A DNA stretch of 64,000 nucleotides, from the NCBI GenBank assembly GCA_003543035.1, contig DPJL01000107.1:4470-68469 (forward strand), read 5' to 3'. How positions within the stretch are numbered: position 1 is the first letter of the stretch; every line of letters begins with the position of its first letter. Source of the stretch: Micromonosporaceae bacterium. GTDB taxonomy: Bacteria; Actinomycetota; Actinomycetes; Mycobacteriales; Micromonosporaceae. The position numbers were made by a program, and so were the translations under genes. Shown one piece after another: positions 9,986 through 21,300 of this stretch. The notes under the pieces are model-generated. The model was not told where the DNA came from. It did not search any database and saw nothing but the letters and a program-made list of their open reading frames with translations.

Positions 9986-10807
9986 ATGGACACCAACCGG
10001 CCGATCATGGTGGGGGCGGTCGCCTACACGCCCAACGTGGTGCCGATCTGGGAGGGTATCCGCGACTACTTCGCCGACAGTCCCGCGCCGATGGATTTCG
10101 TGCTGTTCTCCAACTACGGCCGCCAAGTCGAGGCGCTGTTGGCCGGTCACGTCGACATAGCGTGGAACACCAACCTGGCCTGGGTTCGCACCATCCAACA
10201 AACCAATGGCGCCTGTAGAGCCTTGGCAATGCGCGACACCGACCTGACATTTTCCACCGTCTTCGTCACCCGACCAGGCAGCGGCCTAAACAGTCTGGAG
10301 GATCTGCGCGGCCGGATCGTGGCGCTCGGGTCGCGGGATTCGGCGCAAGCGGCGATCCTGCCGGTGGAGTTCCTGCAGCAGGCTGGTCTTGACGAGTCCG
10401 ATGTGGAGTTGCTGCGCATCGACAGCGATCTGGGCAAGCACGGCGACACCGGCCGCAGCGAACTCGACGCCCTACGCGTGCTGCTGGATGGGGAGGCCGA
10501 TGCCGCCGCGATCGGCATCACCACCTGGGACGCCATCGGCCGCGACCAACTCATGCCCGGCGACGCGCTGACCGCGTTTTGGCAATCGCCGCAGTACTGC
10601 CACTGCAACTTCACCGCACTCGACACGCTGCCCAGCGAGACAACCGAACCGTGGGTGGAACACTTGCTGGCCATGGACTGGGACAACGAGCAGCACCGGC
10701 GCATCCTGGAGTTGGAAGGGCTACGCCAGTGGGTCCGCCCAAACCTGGCCGGGTATACGTCTCTGTTCGAAGCCGTGGCACGGCAACAGATCCCCGACCG
10801 CTGGTGA
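9986..10807 (+). CDS. Phosphate/phosphonate-binding-protein fold protein without signal peptide (Rv1680-like)
   Basis: RBS AAGGAGG; 'GAVAYTPNVVPIWEG', 'DIAWNTNLAW', 'GKHGDTGRSE', 'YCHCNF'; no transporter genes adjacent. Confidence 0.75.
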   Translation: MDTNRPIMVGAVAYTPNVVPIWEGIRDYFADSPAPMDFVLFSNYGRQVEALLAGHVDIAWNTNLAWVRTIQQTNGACRALAMRDTDLTFSTVFVTRPGSGLNSLEDLRGRIVALGSRDSAQAAILPVEFLQQAGLDESDVELLRIDSDLGKHGDTGRSELDALRVLLDGEADAAAIGITTWDAIGRDQLMPGDALTAFWQSPQYCHCNFTALDTLPSETTEPWVEHLLAMDWDNEQHRRILELEGLRQWVRPNLAGYTSLFEAVARQQIPDRW

Positions 10808-10810
10808 CCG

Positions 10811-11788
10811 ATGAGCCAGGTGGTGCTCGACCTCGTGCAACATCTGGGCGCAGCTGCCGCCGGCGCCACCGTTGAGGTACCCATCCAGACCGGCGACGCC
10901 GACCTGGTCGCCGCCTGGTGTGCCCGCACCGGCAACGAGCTGATCGGCATTCGCGACAACACCGCCGTCATCCGGCGTGGACGGGCGTTGCAGGACCCCG
11001 AACTGCTGCCAGTGGCACGGTTGTGGATATACACCAACTTCGACTGCAACCTCGCCTGCGACTACTGCTGCGCCCGCTCCTCACCAAAAGCCCCACGCCG
11101 CGCCGTCGGCGTAGACACGATCGGTCGGCTCGTCGCCGAAGCCGGCCAGACAGGCGTGCAGGAAGTGTTCCTCACCGGCGGCGAACCATTCCTGCTTCCC
11201 GACCTCGACCAGATCGTGCACGCCTGCGCCAGTCGGCTACCCACCACCCTGCTCACCAACGGCATGCTCTTTCACGGCGCACGCCTAGCGATGCTGCAAC
11301 GTATGCCCCGCAACAACTTCACCGTGCAGATCAGCCTGGATGCGGCCACACCCGAACAGCACGACCGGCACCGCGGCACGGGCACCTGGCAAAAAGCCAT
11401 CAACGGCGTACGCATCGCGCAAGCCGAAGGATTCCACGTGCGGGTCGCCGCCACCATCGCCCCGGCCGAAGCCGACACCCAAGCCCAGCAAGCATTCCAC
11501 AGCCTGCTCGACGAAATGGGTATCTCCGCCCAGGATCAGATCGTGCGCCCGGTCGCCCAGCGCGGCTTCGCCGCCGAGGGCGTCACCGTCACAGTCGAAA
11601 CCCTGCTACCGGAGATCACCGTCACCGCCGAAGGCATCTTCTGGCACCCCGTCGGCGCCGACCACCCCGACCAGCTCGTCACCCGCAACCTGTTCCCGCT
11701 AGCCGACGCGATCGACGAAATACGGCGACGCTACACCCAGTACCGGCGTACCATCACCGAAGCAGCCGACCGGTTCCCCTGCGCCTGA
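10811..11788 (+). CDS. Radical SAM protein (Rv1681/MoeX-like) with TusA-like N-terminus
   Basis: CxxxCxxC (CNLACDYC), TGGEP, LTNG; N-terminal 'DLVAAWCARTGNELI'; C-terminal FPCA. Confidence 0.85.
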   Translation: MSQVVLDLVQHLGAAAAGATVEVPIQTGDADLVAAWCARTGNELIGIRDNTAVIRRGRALQDPELLPVARLWIYTNFDCNLACDYCCARSSPKAPRRAVGVDTIGRLVAEAGQTGVQEVFLTGGEPFLLPDLDQIVHACASRLPTTLLTNGMLFHGARLAMLQRMPRNNFTVQISLDAATPEQHDRHRGTGTWQKAINGVRIAQAEGFHVRVAATIAPAEADTQAQQAFHSLLDEMGISAQDQIVRPVAQRGFAAEGVTVTVETLLPEITVTAEGIFWHPVGADHPDQLVTRNLFPLADAIDEIRRRYTQYRRTITEAADRFPCA

Positions 11789-12272
11789 CCCACACACCGC
11801 ACGCCACAGCGACGACGTCAGCCGGCTGCCCCGAGATTTTGGTGGTCATTGAGCAAATCCGGGTGATCGGGTCATTGAACCTATCGCCGGGCAACTGCCA
11901 GAACTGGCCTGCGGCGCGCATTGCCGAGTTTTCATCCCGGTGCTGTCGTTCCCTGATTTGGCGCAGTGTGGCGGCCCGGTGTGTTGGTTTCGCTTTCCTT
12001 GATCTATCAATTTCTACGTCCGTGCTGGTGGCGGGCCGTGGGCGCCTGCCAGCCATCCACGCTCGATGCTTCGCATGAGTGCCGGATACGCGATCAGGGA
12101 CGGGTTGAATAGCTCATGATGTGCCTTCAGCATGTCCTGGTGCTCTGCCAAAGATCGTCTGGAGTCCGGGCCGTGGCGGGGTAGGTCCAATGTGGACCCT
12201 CTCAACATAGTGTCCCGCACGGCCTTAGACTAATTCGGCCCCAGCGGGCCGTTGATGAAAGGCGAGCGCGCG

Positions 12273-12661
12273 GTGAGCACGTACAAGAGCATCTTCACTG
12301 ATGGCACGGAGGTGTTCTCCTTCCGCAACGAGTTCCACCCGGAACTGTGTACGACGTTCCGCTGGCGGACCTGCGAAGGCTTAGCGGGCAGGACGCTTGC
12401 CATACCGTTGGCGCATACGGTGGCGATCCGTGCGAGGACGATCCGGCGGATCTCGACTTCCCGGTCTTCGTTGCGTCTGCTCGAGTGGTCAAGGAACGGC
12501 TTGAGGCGCTGGGTTACGGCGAAACGTTGGTGCGGCGCCTATATAGCCTGCTCCTCAGTGATGGTGCTTCCGGCCTCTATGAGGTCAAGGAACCCGGGCC
12601 CTACGGCCATGATGAACCGGGCATTCCTCTTACGCTCGAGGATTGGCCAGCGACGAGGTGA
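12273..12661 (+). pseudogene. Frameshifted remnant, possibly a HEPN/Toprim-associated N-terminal domain
   Basis: 'MSTY...EVFSFRNE' in one frame continues as 'VFVASARVVKERLEALGY' in another; early stop. Confidence 0.35.
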
Positions 12662-12709
12662 AGCCGGCCGCTGCTGACGCGGCCGAGATCGTCGTACTGG
12701 TTGGGTGGG

Positions 12710-13090
12710 TTATGAAACGCTGTCAGCTCCGGCAGGTTCCCAGAGTTGAATGGGGTTGCCCTCCGGATCGACCAGTTCGGCGAAGCGGCCGTTGGGATAG
12801 GGCTGCTTGTGCACGTCGACATCTATTCCGGCGTCGGCTAGCTGAGCCAGCATGGCATCGAGGTCGCCGACACGGAAGTTGATGGCCCACTGCTGCTCGG
12901 GTCGGCGGAAATGCTCGGAGTCATCCGCGAACGGCGCGAACACGGTAGGCCCGGCCTGCTGCTCCCATGATCGCTGATCATAGCTGGGCGGCGGACCGGG
13001 TACTCCGAGATGCGTTTCGTACCAGCGGGTCAGGGCTTCCGGATCACGTGCGCGGAAGAAGATTCCACCAATGCCAGTCACTTGCTCCAT
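12710..13090 (-). CDS. VOC/glyoxalase family protein
   Basis: 'MEQVTGIGGIFFRARDP', 'INFRVGDLDAM', 'DPEGNPIQLWEP'. Confidence 0.9.
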   Translation of the reverse strand: MEQVTGIGGIFFRARDPEALTRWYETHLGVPGPPPSYDQRSWEQQAGPTVFAPFADDSEHFRRPEQQWAINFRVGDLDAMLAQLADAGIDVDVHKQPYPNGRFAELVDPEGNPIQLWEPAGADSVS

Positions 13091-13182
13091 TCCGGCCACA
13101 GTAGTCGCCGCAGAGCACGCTTCGGTGTTGAGGAGCTGCGAGAGGTAAAGCTTCATGGTGTCTGTCGACTCGTCAGCCGTCG

Positions 13183-13926
13183 GTGTCTGACGTGATCATG
13201 GAGGTTGCGGGTCCTTCGACTAGTGCCCATTTCCAACTGACGCTGCGTAGATCTCGGCGAAGTGCGCGGAGATCTCACCGGATAGACCCCGTCAGGGAGA
13301 CGTTCGCCGCCACCGCGGCACTGATGGGCGTGCCTGTCAAGGATTTCTGGCTGGCGATGTCCCGCAGCTTCCCCGGGCGCATTGTTGGCGTCCACGGTGG
13401 AACCCGCGCGACGTTGCAAGCCATGGCCGGTCAGTGCGGTGTCGAGCCGACTGCCGGCCAACTCGATCGGGCGGTGGTGGTTCAGCATGAGGGCGCCGCG
13501 CGGGTGCGCCGTGCTCGTCCGGGCGTGTTCGAGGTGCTCGATGAGTTGCGCGGTCGCGGCTTCTTGTTGGGGCTGATCAGTGACTGCAGCAGCGAGTTGT
13601 ATGAGTCTTGGGACGAAACTGCTTACGCGGCAAGGTTCGACGCGGCAGTCTTCTCATGGCGGGAGGGTTATCGCAAGCCTGGCCCAAGGCTTTATGCCAG
13701 GGTGACGCGACAGCTTGGTGTTGCGCCACGCGACTGCTGGTATGTCGGTGACGGAGGCAGCCGGGAACACTCCGGGGCACTGGTCGCCGGAATGCGCCCG
13801 ATTCTGATCACGAACGCCGGATATCCCGGCGCTGCCCAACACCGCCACGATCCAGACACCTTCCAGCCGCACCTGTTTGTTGACGACCCCAGGCAGCTGC
13901 TGGACCTATTGAAAGATCAAAGCTGA
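13183..13926 (+). pseudogene. HAD-family hydrolase, apparently 5'-truncated
   Basis: Motifs II-IV present (LGLISD, KPGPRLY, YVGDG) but no N-terminal DxxGT motif I in the ORF. Confidence 0.6.
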
Positions 13927-14722
13927 GGCTGGCGCGCGCACCGCCAACGAAAACGGCCTCGCCGGGAAGCTGAATCGGCCGGGCACGTCGCAGAACTCGC
14001 CCGAAGCTCGAGCATCCGCGTAAGTCAATTCTCGAGGGTCGTGCAATCGGTGCTGCCTGTCGCACGTGTAGCTGACACGATGACGAGCTCGCGAAGCAAG
14101 CCCAACTCCGCCAGCACAAAGCGGGCGTTGATCAAAACCCGACCACGAGGGAGCGGTCTACCAGGTATCTTATTCGTGGAAGAGCAACATACGCTGCAAG
14201 GGCGTGTCGTCGGGGGATGACCGCCAACCGGCGGGCGCGTCTTTCACCTGGTTCGGTCATCCGGCGCATGGTGACCGAACCCCCGGAGCTGATGGCCAGC
14301 AAGCCGTCTCCGAAAGGCCCTGGCCGTCAGCGTCCACAGGCTGATCAAGCATGCGACGCCGCTGGAGCGTCTCGGCCGCCCAGGGTTGGCGAGGTCCCCG
14401 AAATGATGCCGGTCGTGACGCACGCGAAGGACTGGACCTTCGGGCGGCTTCATGCAGCAGCTTGCCTAGACGCAGGCAGAACGCATTTATGAGCCAGCAC
14501 TTGGTAGGACGTCGACATAGCCCAGGGCCGACTCGGCGATTGGCGGTGATGGTGTGGCGGCAGAACTGGGCTCTGTGGCTCCCGCGGGCGTCCGGCAGCG
14601 AGGGGTGAGTTTGACCTGATGCTGCCGGATTTCGAGCTTGAGTTGCTCGAGGCGGGCAAGTATCGCCGCGAGTTCGGTGGTCTGCTGGCGTGAGCGTCCA
14701 ATCAGCTGGCTAAGGATCTCCT

Positions 14723-15140
14723 CTAGTGCTCTGACCGCGAACGTTGGCCGGGTTGTGCGGTTCGATAGTTGCTCAGTGTGTGGCGGACTGGGTGAAGGTT
14801 CGTGATCTTTCTGATGAGGAAGGTCAACGGCTGCAACGGATCGTGCGCCGTGGTGGCGGCAGCACGGTGCGGTATCGGCGGGCGCTGGTCGTGTTGGCGT
14901 CGGCCGGTGGGAACAGCGTGCCGGTGATCGCCCGGCTGGTGTTCGCCGATGAGGACCGGGTCCGGGAAGTGATCCACAGGTTCAATGAGCTGGGGATGGC
15001 CAGTCTGGACCCTCAGTGGGCGGGTGGCCGTCCCCGCCGGATCAACACTGAGGACGTGGCGTTCATCGTCGCGACGGCCCAGGCTGACCCGGCTGTTGCC
15101 GGGCAGCCGTTCACCCGCTGGAGCCTGCGCAAACTGACCG
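14723..15140 (+). mobile_element. IS630-family element, left end and truncated transposase
   Basis: CTAG then terminal repeat TGCTCTGACCGCGAACGTT; HTH region 'EDRVREVIHRFNELG...GGRPRRI...RWSLRKL'; no DDE domain. Confidence 0.85.
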
Positions 15141-15273
15141 GATTGTCGCTGCTGTACCTGCTGGCGTCGGCGACGGGGATCGGCCTGATCATTTCCGCGG
15201 TCTTCACTCGCCAACCGACCACCGAACTCAGCGAGCCCGCCGCCTTTGCTCAGCGCTGTGAGTTTGGGCTCGG

Positions 15274-15651
15274 TCAATGGGTACGGGGGTCGGCGAAGAC
15301 GAGATCGTAGGGCGGGCCTGGGTTGCCGGCGCCCAAAACGGCCGCGACGTTGCCTGTGACAGTTTTTGCGTCCCGAGCGCTTGATGCCGACACGTTAGCT
15401 CTGATCGCCTTGACCGCCCCCGGATCCTGCTCGACAAATAGGGCATGTGCCGCTCCCCGGGAGAGCGCCTCCAGGCCGACCGCGCCGCTGCCCGCGTAGA
15501 GATCCAGCACATGTGCGCCTTCAGGGTTCATCTGACTGTCCAATGTGGAGAACATTGCCTCCCGGACTCGATCTGATGTCGGCCGGGTGTGCTGCCCGCT
15601 CGGTGTTGCGAGCCGTCGCCCTCCGTAGCGACCGGCAACGATTCTCGTCAC
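15274..15651 (-). pseudogene. rsmD: 16S rRNA m2G966 methyltransferase, 3'-truncated
   Basis: 'MTRIVAG...TRPTSDRVREAMF...VLDLYAGSGAVGLEALSRGA'; breaks at 'DLVFADP' in the middle of the DPPY motif. Confidence 0.85.
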
Positions 15652-15778
15652 TCTCTGACCGTACTTGATAACGATTTCGCATCAGCAGCGTCGTCCGTTT
15701 TGCAAGGTTCATTCGGGTTTCTTAGGGTCAGGCGTCGCTCCACATTTTCACCCGTTAATTGACTCTGGGGAGAAAGCC

Positions 15779-16876
15779 TTGGACGGGCCAATCAAACGAC
15801 TTCTCGCGCTTGCCGGCGGTGCGCTCATCGCGGCCGGGCTCTCGCTCAGCTTCGCTAGCCCCGCGCTTGCCGACCCCGACGCCACGAGCCAACCCGCAAA
15901 AGGGGTCGGCATCAGGAACACGGGCGTCGTCATTACGCTTCCCTTCCAGGATCGGGATCGAAAGATCCCCCGGTACCAGTTGAAGTTCGACAATGGCGAT
16001 GTCGCTGACATCTACTGCATCGATCTGGGTACCGACTTCGGCCACGACAAGAGCTATGCCGAGGGCAAGTGGGCCGATGCCGGCACCGGCAACAACACCG
16101 CCAAGCAGAACCTTCCGAAGATCAAGTGGATTCTGCTGCATAGCACCCCGAACGTCTCGCTGGCCGACATCAAGGCGTTGCTCGGCTTCCCGACCGACCA
16201 CGGTGCGACGGATGAGCGGCTGGGGCACCTGGCGCGAGTCGCCACGCAGGCCGCGATCTGGAGTCTCAGCGACAGCGCGGTCCTCGCCGGCAGCTGGCGT
16301 GCAACCGACGCGAACGGCGTGACCGAGAAGGAATTCAAGGTCGTGAAGTTCCTGTACGGCTACCTGACCGGCTCGGCCAACACGGGCGCCGGCGATGAGC
16401 CGCCGCCGTCCCTGAAGATCACGCCGGCGACGGCCTCAGGCGCGGTTGGCGGCAAGGCCGGACCGTTCGAGATCGACGCCGACGCCCCCAAGCTTGACGT
16501 CACTGCCGAGGGCGGCAAGATTGTCGACGCCGACGGCAACGCCTTGACCAAGTTTGAGGACGGTACCAAGTTCTGGGTGACCTCCGGCGAGGTCCGCGAG
16601 GTCGTCGTTAAGGCGACCGGCTCGGCGAAGCTGCGGGTCGGCCGGGTGTTCCTGTACGACGGGGACAAGGGCAGGTACCAGAAGATGATCCTCGCCGGCG
16701 CGGCCAGGCAGGACGTTTCGGCGCAGGTGAAGGCGTCCTTCACGCCGGGCCTGCCGCAGACCGGTGACAACGTCACGACCTATGTCGCGTCCGGAACGGG
16801 CATCGCCGCACTGGGCGCGGTGGTCTTCATGCTGGCCCGCCGCCGGCTCGTTAGGCTGCGCCGCCTCGCCTCGTAA
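15779..16876 (+). CDS. Thioester-domain (TED/TQXA) sortase-anchored surface protein
   Basis: Signal peptide, YCIDL, TQAAIW, LPQTG followed by a hydrophobic segment and an Arg-rich tail. Start is approximate. Confidence 0.85.
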   Translation: MDGPIKRLLALAGGALIAAGLSLSFASPALADPDATSQPAKGVGIRNTGVVITLPFQDRDRKIPRYQLKFDNGDVADIYCIDLGTDFGHDKSYAEGKWADAGTGNNTAKQNLPKIKWILLHSTPNVSLADIKALLGFPTDHGATDERLGHLARVATQAAIWSLSDSAVLAGSWRATDANGVTEKEFKVVKFLYGYLTGSANTGAGDEPPPSLKITPATASGAVGGKAGPFEIDADAPKLDVTAEGGKIVDADGNALTKFEDGTKFWVTSGEVREVVVKATGSAKLRVGRVFLYDGDKGRYQKMILAGAARQDVSAQVKASFTPGLPQTGDNVTTYVASGTGIAALGAVVFMLARRRLVRLRRLAS

Positions 16877-16895
16877 CAAGAAGCTCGTAATGTAA

Positions 16896-16922
16896 AGGGC
16901 GGGTCCGGATTGGACCCGCCCT
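16896..16922 (+). terminator. GC-rich hairpin downstream of the TED gene
   Basis: AGGGCGGGTCC-ggatt-GGACCCGCCCT, perfect 11-bp stem. Confidence 0.7.
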
Positions 16923-16924
16923 CG

Positions 16925-17440
16925 CTAGTGCTCTGACTGCATGCGTTGGCAGGGTTCAGGCGGGTTGCATTGCCGGCTGACCCCACTGGCGTAGGCGTTC
17001 GCTGCGCACTCGGGCCCGTTCACGACGTTGGGCGGCGAGGATATCGGGATGGCGGGCGTTGGCGTTACGCCAGCGCAGGTAGGCGTGCAGCCGATGGGTC
17101 GACGCGACGTGGTTGCTGTGGTCGGAGCCGGCGACCACGAACTCGCGCACTGGCCCGAAATGGGCCTCGATCGGGTTAGCCCACGACGCATACGTTGGCG
17201 TGTAACACAATTCGACATTGTCACCGGCCGCCCACCGCCGGATTTCCTGTCCTTTATGGGCAGACAGGTTGTCCAGGATGATGTAGATCGGTTTACCGTC
17301 GGGCCGCCACCACGGCGCTCGATCCGTTGCAGCCGTTGACCTTCCTCATCAGAAAGATCACGAACCTTCACCCTGTCCGCCACACACTGAGCAACGATCG
17401 AACCGCACCACCCGGCCAACGTTCGCGGTCAGAGCACTAG
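16925..17440 (-). mobile_element. Internally deleted IS630-family element with both ends
   Basis: CTAGTGCTCTGAC...GTCAGAGCACTAG terminal inverted repeats. Transposase N-terminus is near-identical to the 14723 copy; C-terminal 'TPTYASWANPIEAHFG' lies in another frame. Confidence 0.88.
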
Positions 17441-17641
17441 CTGGATCTGCGCATCCGTGAGGGTTTGGTCGGCGGGATCGCTGTCAGGGTCCGTGCCGGG
17501 CACCGCCGGGCCATACCGCCCGATCATCGTCGAAACGCGCCGACCGTCCAGCATGTCGTGGCCGACCAGACCAGCTGTGACGTTGTGTGCGGCGGCGGCG
17601 CTGTTGATGGCGGGGAGGCAAGATCGGAGGTTCCACACGCT

Positions 17642-17920
17642 ATGACCACCGAGCCGCACAACCTGGTCGCCGATACGGTCGCTGCCTTGGAAAGCATGCC
17701 CGCCGTGGAGCGGGCTGCGAGCGCTATGGCTCTTATTGCTGCTGTGCAGGGCAACGGCGACCGGCGGATTGCCCGCATCTGGTGGGCGGCCATCACCGAG
17801 CTGTATGAGCAGGGTATGAGTCAGGAAGAGATCGCTGCCCGGCTGGATACCAGCCTGGGAACGGTAGACCTTGCGGTCCAGTCACATCGGCGCACCAGCG
17901 CCGCGAGGATCAACGCCTAG
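17642..17920 (+). CDS. Small helix-turn-helix protein
   Basis: C-terminal 'GMSQEEIAARLDTSLGTV' HTH pattern. Confidence 0.55.
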   Translation: MTTEPHNLVADTVAALESMPAVERAASAMALIAAVQGNGDRRIARIWWAAITELYEQGMSQEEIAARLDTSLGTVDLAVQSHRRTSAARINA

Positions 17921-18350
17921 GTTGACTCGGTCAGGCCGCACAAACCGCCCGTAACACACTCGGATCCAGAGCGGACCGCCACGTAACCGATAGCACCCCT
18001 TCGCTATGAGGTTCCGGGTAGCTGGGTCGTTAACGGACCGGATAGGAGATCAGCACGAGCTGCGTCAGCAGCCGTTCCAACCAAACCGCCGTGCCTTCGC
18101 CCGCCGCCGATGATCTGTATCCGCATGCGAAGAAAGTCCTAAGTGGACACAACTATCAGCGTAAATCCATCGGGTATGTGCGGCCAGACGCCCTCGCCGA
18201 TTGGGTGAGCCGGGCGCAGAGCAGAGACTTTGCGTCGCCCAACCCGGTAACGCAGTGAGCCCTTCGCCTGCATCGCCCAGTCATTGCGATGGTGGAGCCG
18301 AACTCTAAGCCGCAGGGGTCTCCTTTCTGGGGGCAGCTGCCTCATCAGCG

Positions 18351-21300
18351 TCACTGTTGGTGAGCCGAGGTCATCTCCCAGATCCGAGCGGCTTTGACCG
18401 TAGCGGAGCCATCGGCCCACAGTTGCAAACCGAGGGAGTCGGCGCGGAATGGGTAGGCGCGAGTGGTGATGCTGCGTGACCCGTTGGCGTAAATCTCGAT
18501 CATCGACTTGTCGAGGTAGATGTCCAGCTTGAGGTTCTGGCCCGCGAGCGGCAGGCTGCCCCCTTGGACGCCAAGGTTGGTGAAGAGGCTGGAGTTGGTG
18601 CCGGACTTGGTTCGGTCCACATTGAGGGTCTGGGTGGCGACGTCGTAGTAGACCAGGGTCTCCTCCTCGCCGCCCGGGCTGCGGCGCAGCTTGATGCCAA
18701 ATCGACTGCTGCTCCCAGCAGCGAGCTCGAGCGTGAGGTGCAGCATGTCACCGCTGATCGAGGCCAGCTGCTGGTTGGCGGTGGCCAGCGAGGTGTCTCC
18801 GGTGATGGAGAGGATCGGCGCGGTGGTGTGGTGCAGTGTGGTCAGTTCCGGCAAAGGTTGTACCGCTATGTCACCATCGGGTTGCAACGATAGAACGATT
18901 GGGAGACCAGCGTTGTGAGCCCAACCGGCGTCGAAGTGTGCCCGCTCGGTGCGCTTGTCCTGGGCGATGCTGAACACGACCGAGCGGCCTTGCGGATCGA
19001 CAAATCCGCTGGGACCGGTGAAATGCTCGCCGTAGTCGAACAGCCGGGGCACGGCGCTGTCGGGGATGAAGCGACGCTGGATGGCATCCCAGGTCCCGAT
19101 CCAGTACCAGACGTATTTCACATTGTGTTCGCTAGGCGAACCCCAGGCAGGGTTGGTCAGCAGGATGTGTTTGCGCACGCCTTGCGCGTTCACGCCCAAA
19201 GGCAGGAAGACTGGCAGTTCCCAAACCTGGCCGGTCTTTGGGTAGGCGTTCATGTCGCCGACCATGAGTGGCCCAGCGTAGATCCAATTGGTCAGATCGG
19301 TGGAGGTGTAGAGCAGGGCGGTGCCACCAACGTCCGCGCCGCCGGTGGTTTGCACGCCGGAGCCGACGAGCTGGAACCACGTGTCGCCCTCGCGCCAGAC
19401 ATACGGGTCGCGGAAGTCGCCATAGCGGACCTTGCGGCCCGCACCGACATCCAGCGTCGCCGACTGGACCGTAACCGGAGCCTGATCCATGGCCCACGCG
19501 TTCAGGTTGTTGTCCGAAGGCCAGCCTGGGCATCGGGCGACGCCGGTGCGCTGGTTGGGGAAGACCGAGTCGTCGCCGGCTGTGAGGAAAAGCAACGGGT
19601 TTCCGGAAGCGTCCAATGTGGATCCACCGGACCAGATGCCATCGGGCGCAACGGAATCAGCGGTCGGCACGAGCGCCACTGGGGCATCACGCCAGCGGAC
19701 CAGGTCAGGGCTGATCGCGTGGCCCCAGCTGATGTTGTGCCAGTAAGGGCCGTGCTGGTTGTGCTGATAGAACAGATGGTATTGCCCGCCAACGTAAATA
19801 GGCGCGTGCGGCTCGTTCATCCAGTGCTCGGGAGCGAGGAAGTGATACTGCGGACGGTAGATGTCGCCGTCGTAACGGCTGCGGCGCATGCCCAGATCCG
19901 GCGTAGGCACCACGCCGTTGGCGAAGGTGCTCACCGCGGCCTGGTAAACGTTGGCAATGTCGTTGCCGCTTAGGGCATTACTGCGGAGCTTCACTTCATC
20001 GATAAGCCCGGCGAACATGTTGACGCTGAAGGTGCCATTGATGACCACGCCCTGGTGGTGCTTTCCAATAAGCATGTTTCCTGGGTACCGGGTAAGTTCC
20101 CCCACGGCCGTGCTACCTTCGCCAGCCAGAGCCCCGTCCAGGTAGAGCCGGATCGTATGGCTGACCGAGTCGAAGGTGGCCGCGACATGGTGCCATCGGT
20201 CACGTTGCAAAGACTTGTCAGGACTGGACCATACGGTGTTCCAGGTCCCCCCGATCCCCGCTTGGAAGGACCACCGGCCGTGGCGGCCAACCCCGAGGAT
20301 GAAGCCCTGCCGCGCACCCTCGTCATGCTGGTCCACGATGGCCGACAGTTTGCCCTCGTCACCCCATTCGAAGGCGCGAGGAGCGACCCACGCCTCGACG
20401 GTGAGCGCCTGCGTCGGCGTACTGAGTTGGGAGGCCGGGCGGGTGACCCACGTGGAGTAGCCGTCGAAGAGGAGGGCGTCGGCGAGCACGCCGTGGCCGC
20501 TGGGCCCGGATCGCCACAGCGGTGGTGACGAAGGCTTGTACTTCGCCTCGGTGAAGACATACGTGATCGGGTCCTGTATCCCGGAAACGGTGTCACGCAC
20601 GACGGTTCCGCTGCCCTCACTGAAGGGCCAGTGCGCGATCAGGCCACTGACCGGCGGCTGTTGGTAGACTCGGACGTCGTCGAGGTTGAGGTGACCCCAG
20701 CCGCCGCCGGCGTTGTCCACCGCGCGCAGATAGAGATTCTGTCCAACGTGGACGGAGGCGTCCCAGGTGACCCGATGGTAGGTCTCCTCGTTGCGGCCGG
20801 TGGCACGGAAAAGGATCGCCCCGTCCGAGGCTCGTACCAAGGCGACGTAAAGGTTGCCCAAATCGTTACCGCCGCCCAGCAGGAAGCTGACTTGCCCGGT
20901 GCCGCCAAGCCGGAAGGTGCTGGAGGTAAGGGTTCCGGTCGCCGAATCTCCGGAAGAGGCGAAACCCCACAGGTGATACGTGCCGTGGTGGCCGAAGCAG
21001 CAACCCCAGCCCCACCCGGTTTGCGAGGTGACGCCATTGGTGAAGGCGCTGCCGGTCGCCGTCCAGCCGGTGAGGTTACCGGTTTCGAAGTCAGGGTTGA
21101 CGATGTCGGAAGCGGCGGGCTCGTCGTAGACGCGAACGTCGTCGAGGTTGAGGTGACCCCATCCACCGGTCGAGTTGTCCACAGCGCGCAGATAGAGGTC
21201 CTGTCCAAGATGGACAGAGGCGTCCCACGTGACCCGATGGTATGTCTCCTCGTTGCGGCCCGTGGCGCGGAAAAGGATAGCCCCGTCTGAGGCTCGTGCC

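Noticed and set aside
13930..14720. Short ORFs between the HAD remnant and IS630
   Set aside because: No recognisable motifs or consistent coding pattern; probably debris.
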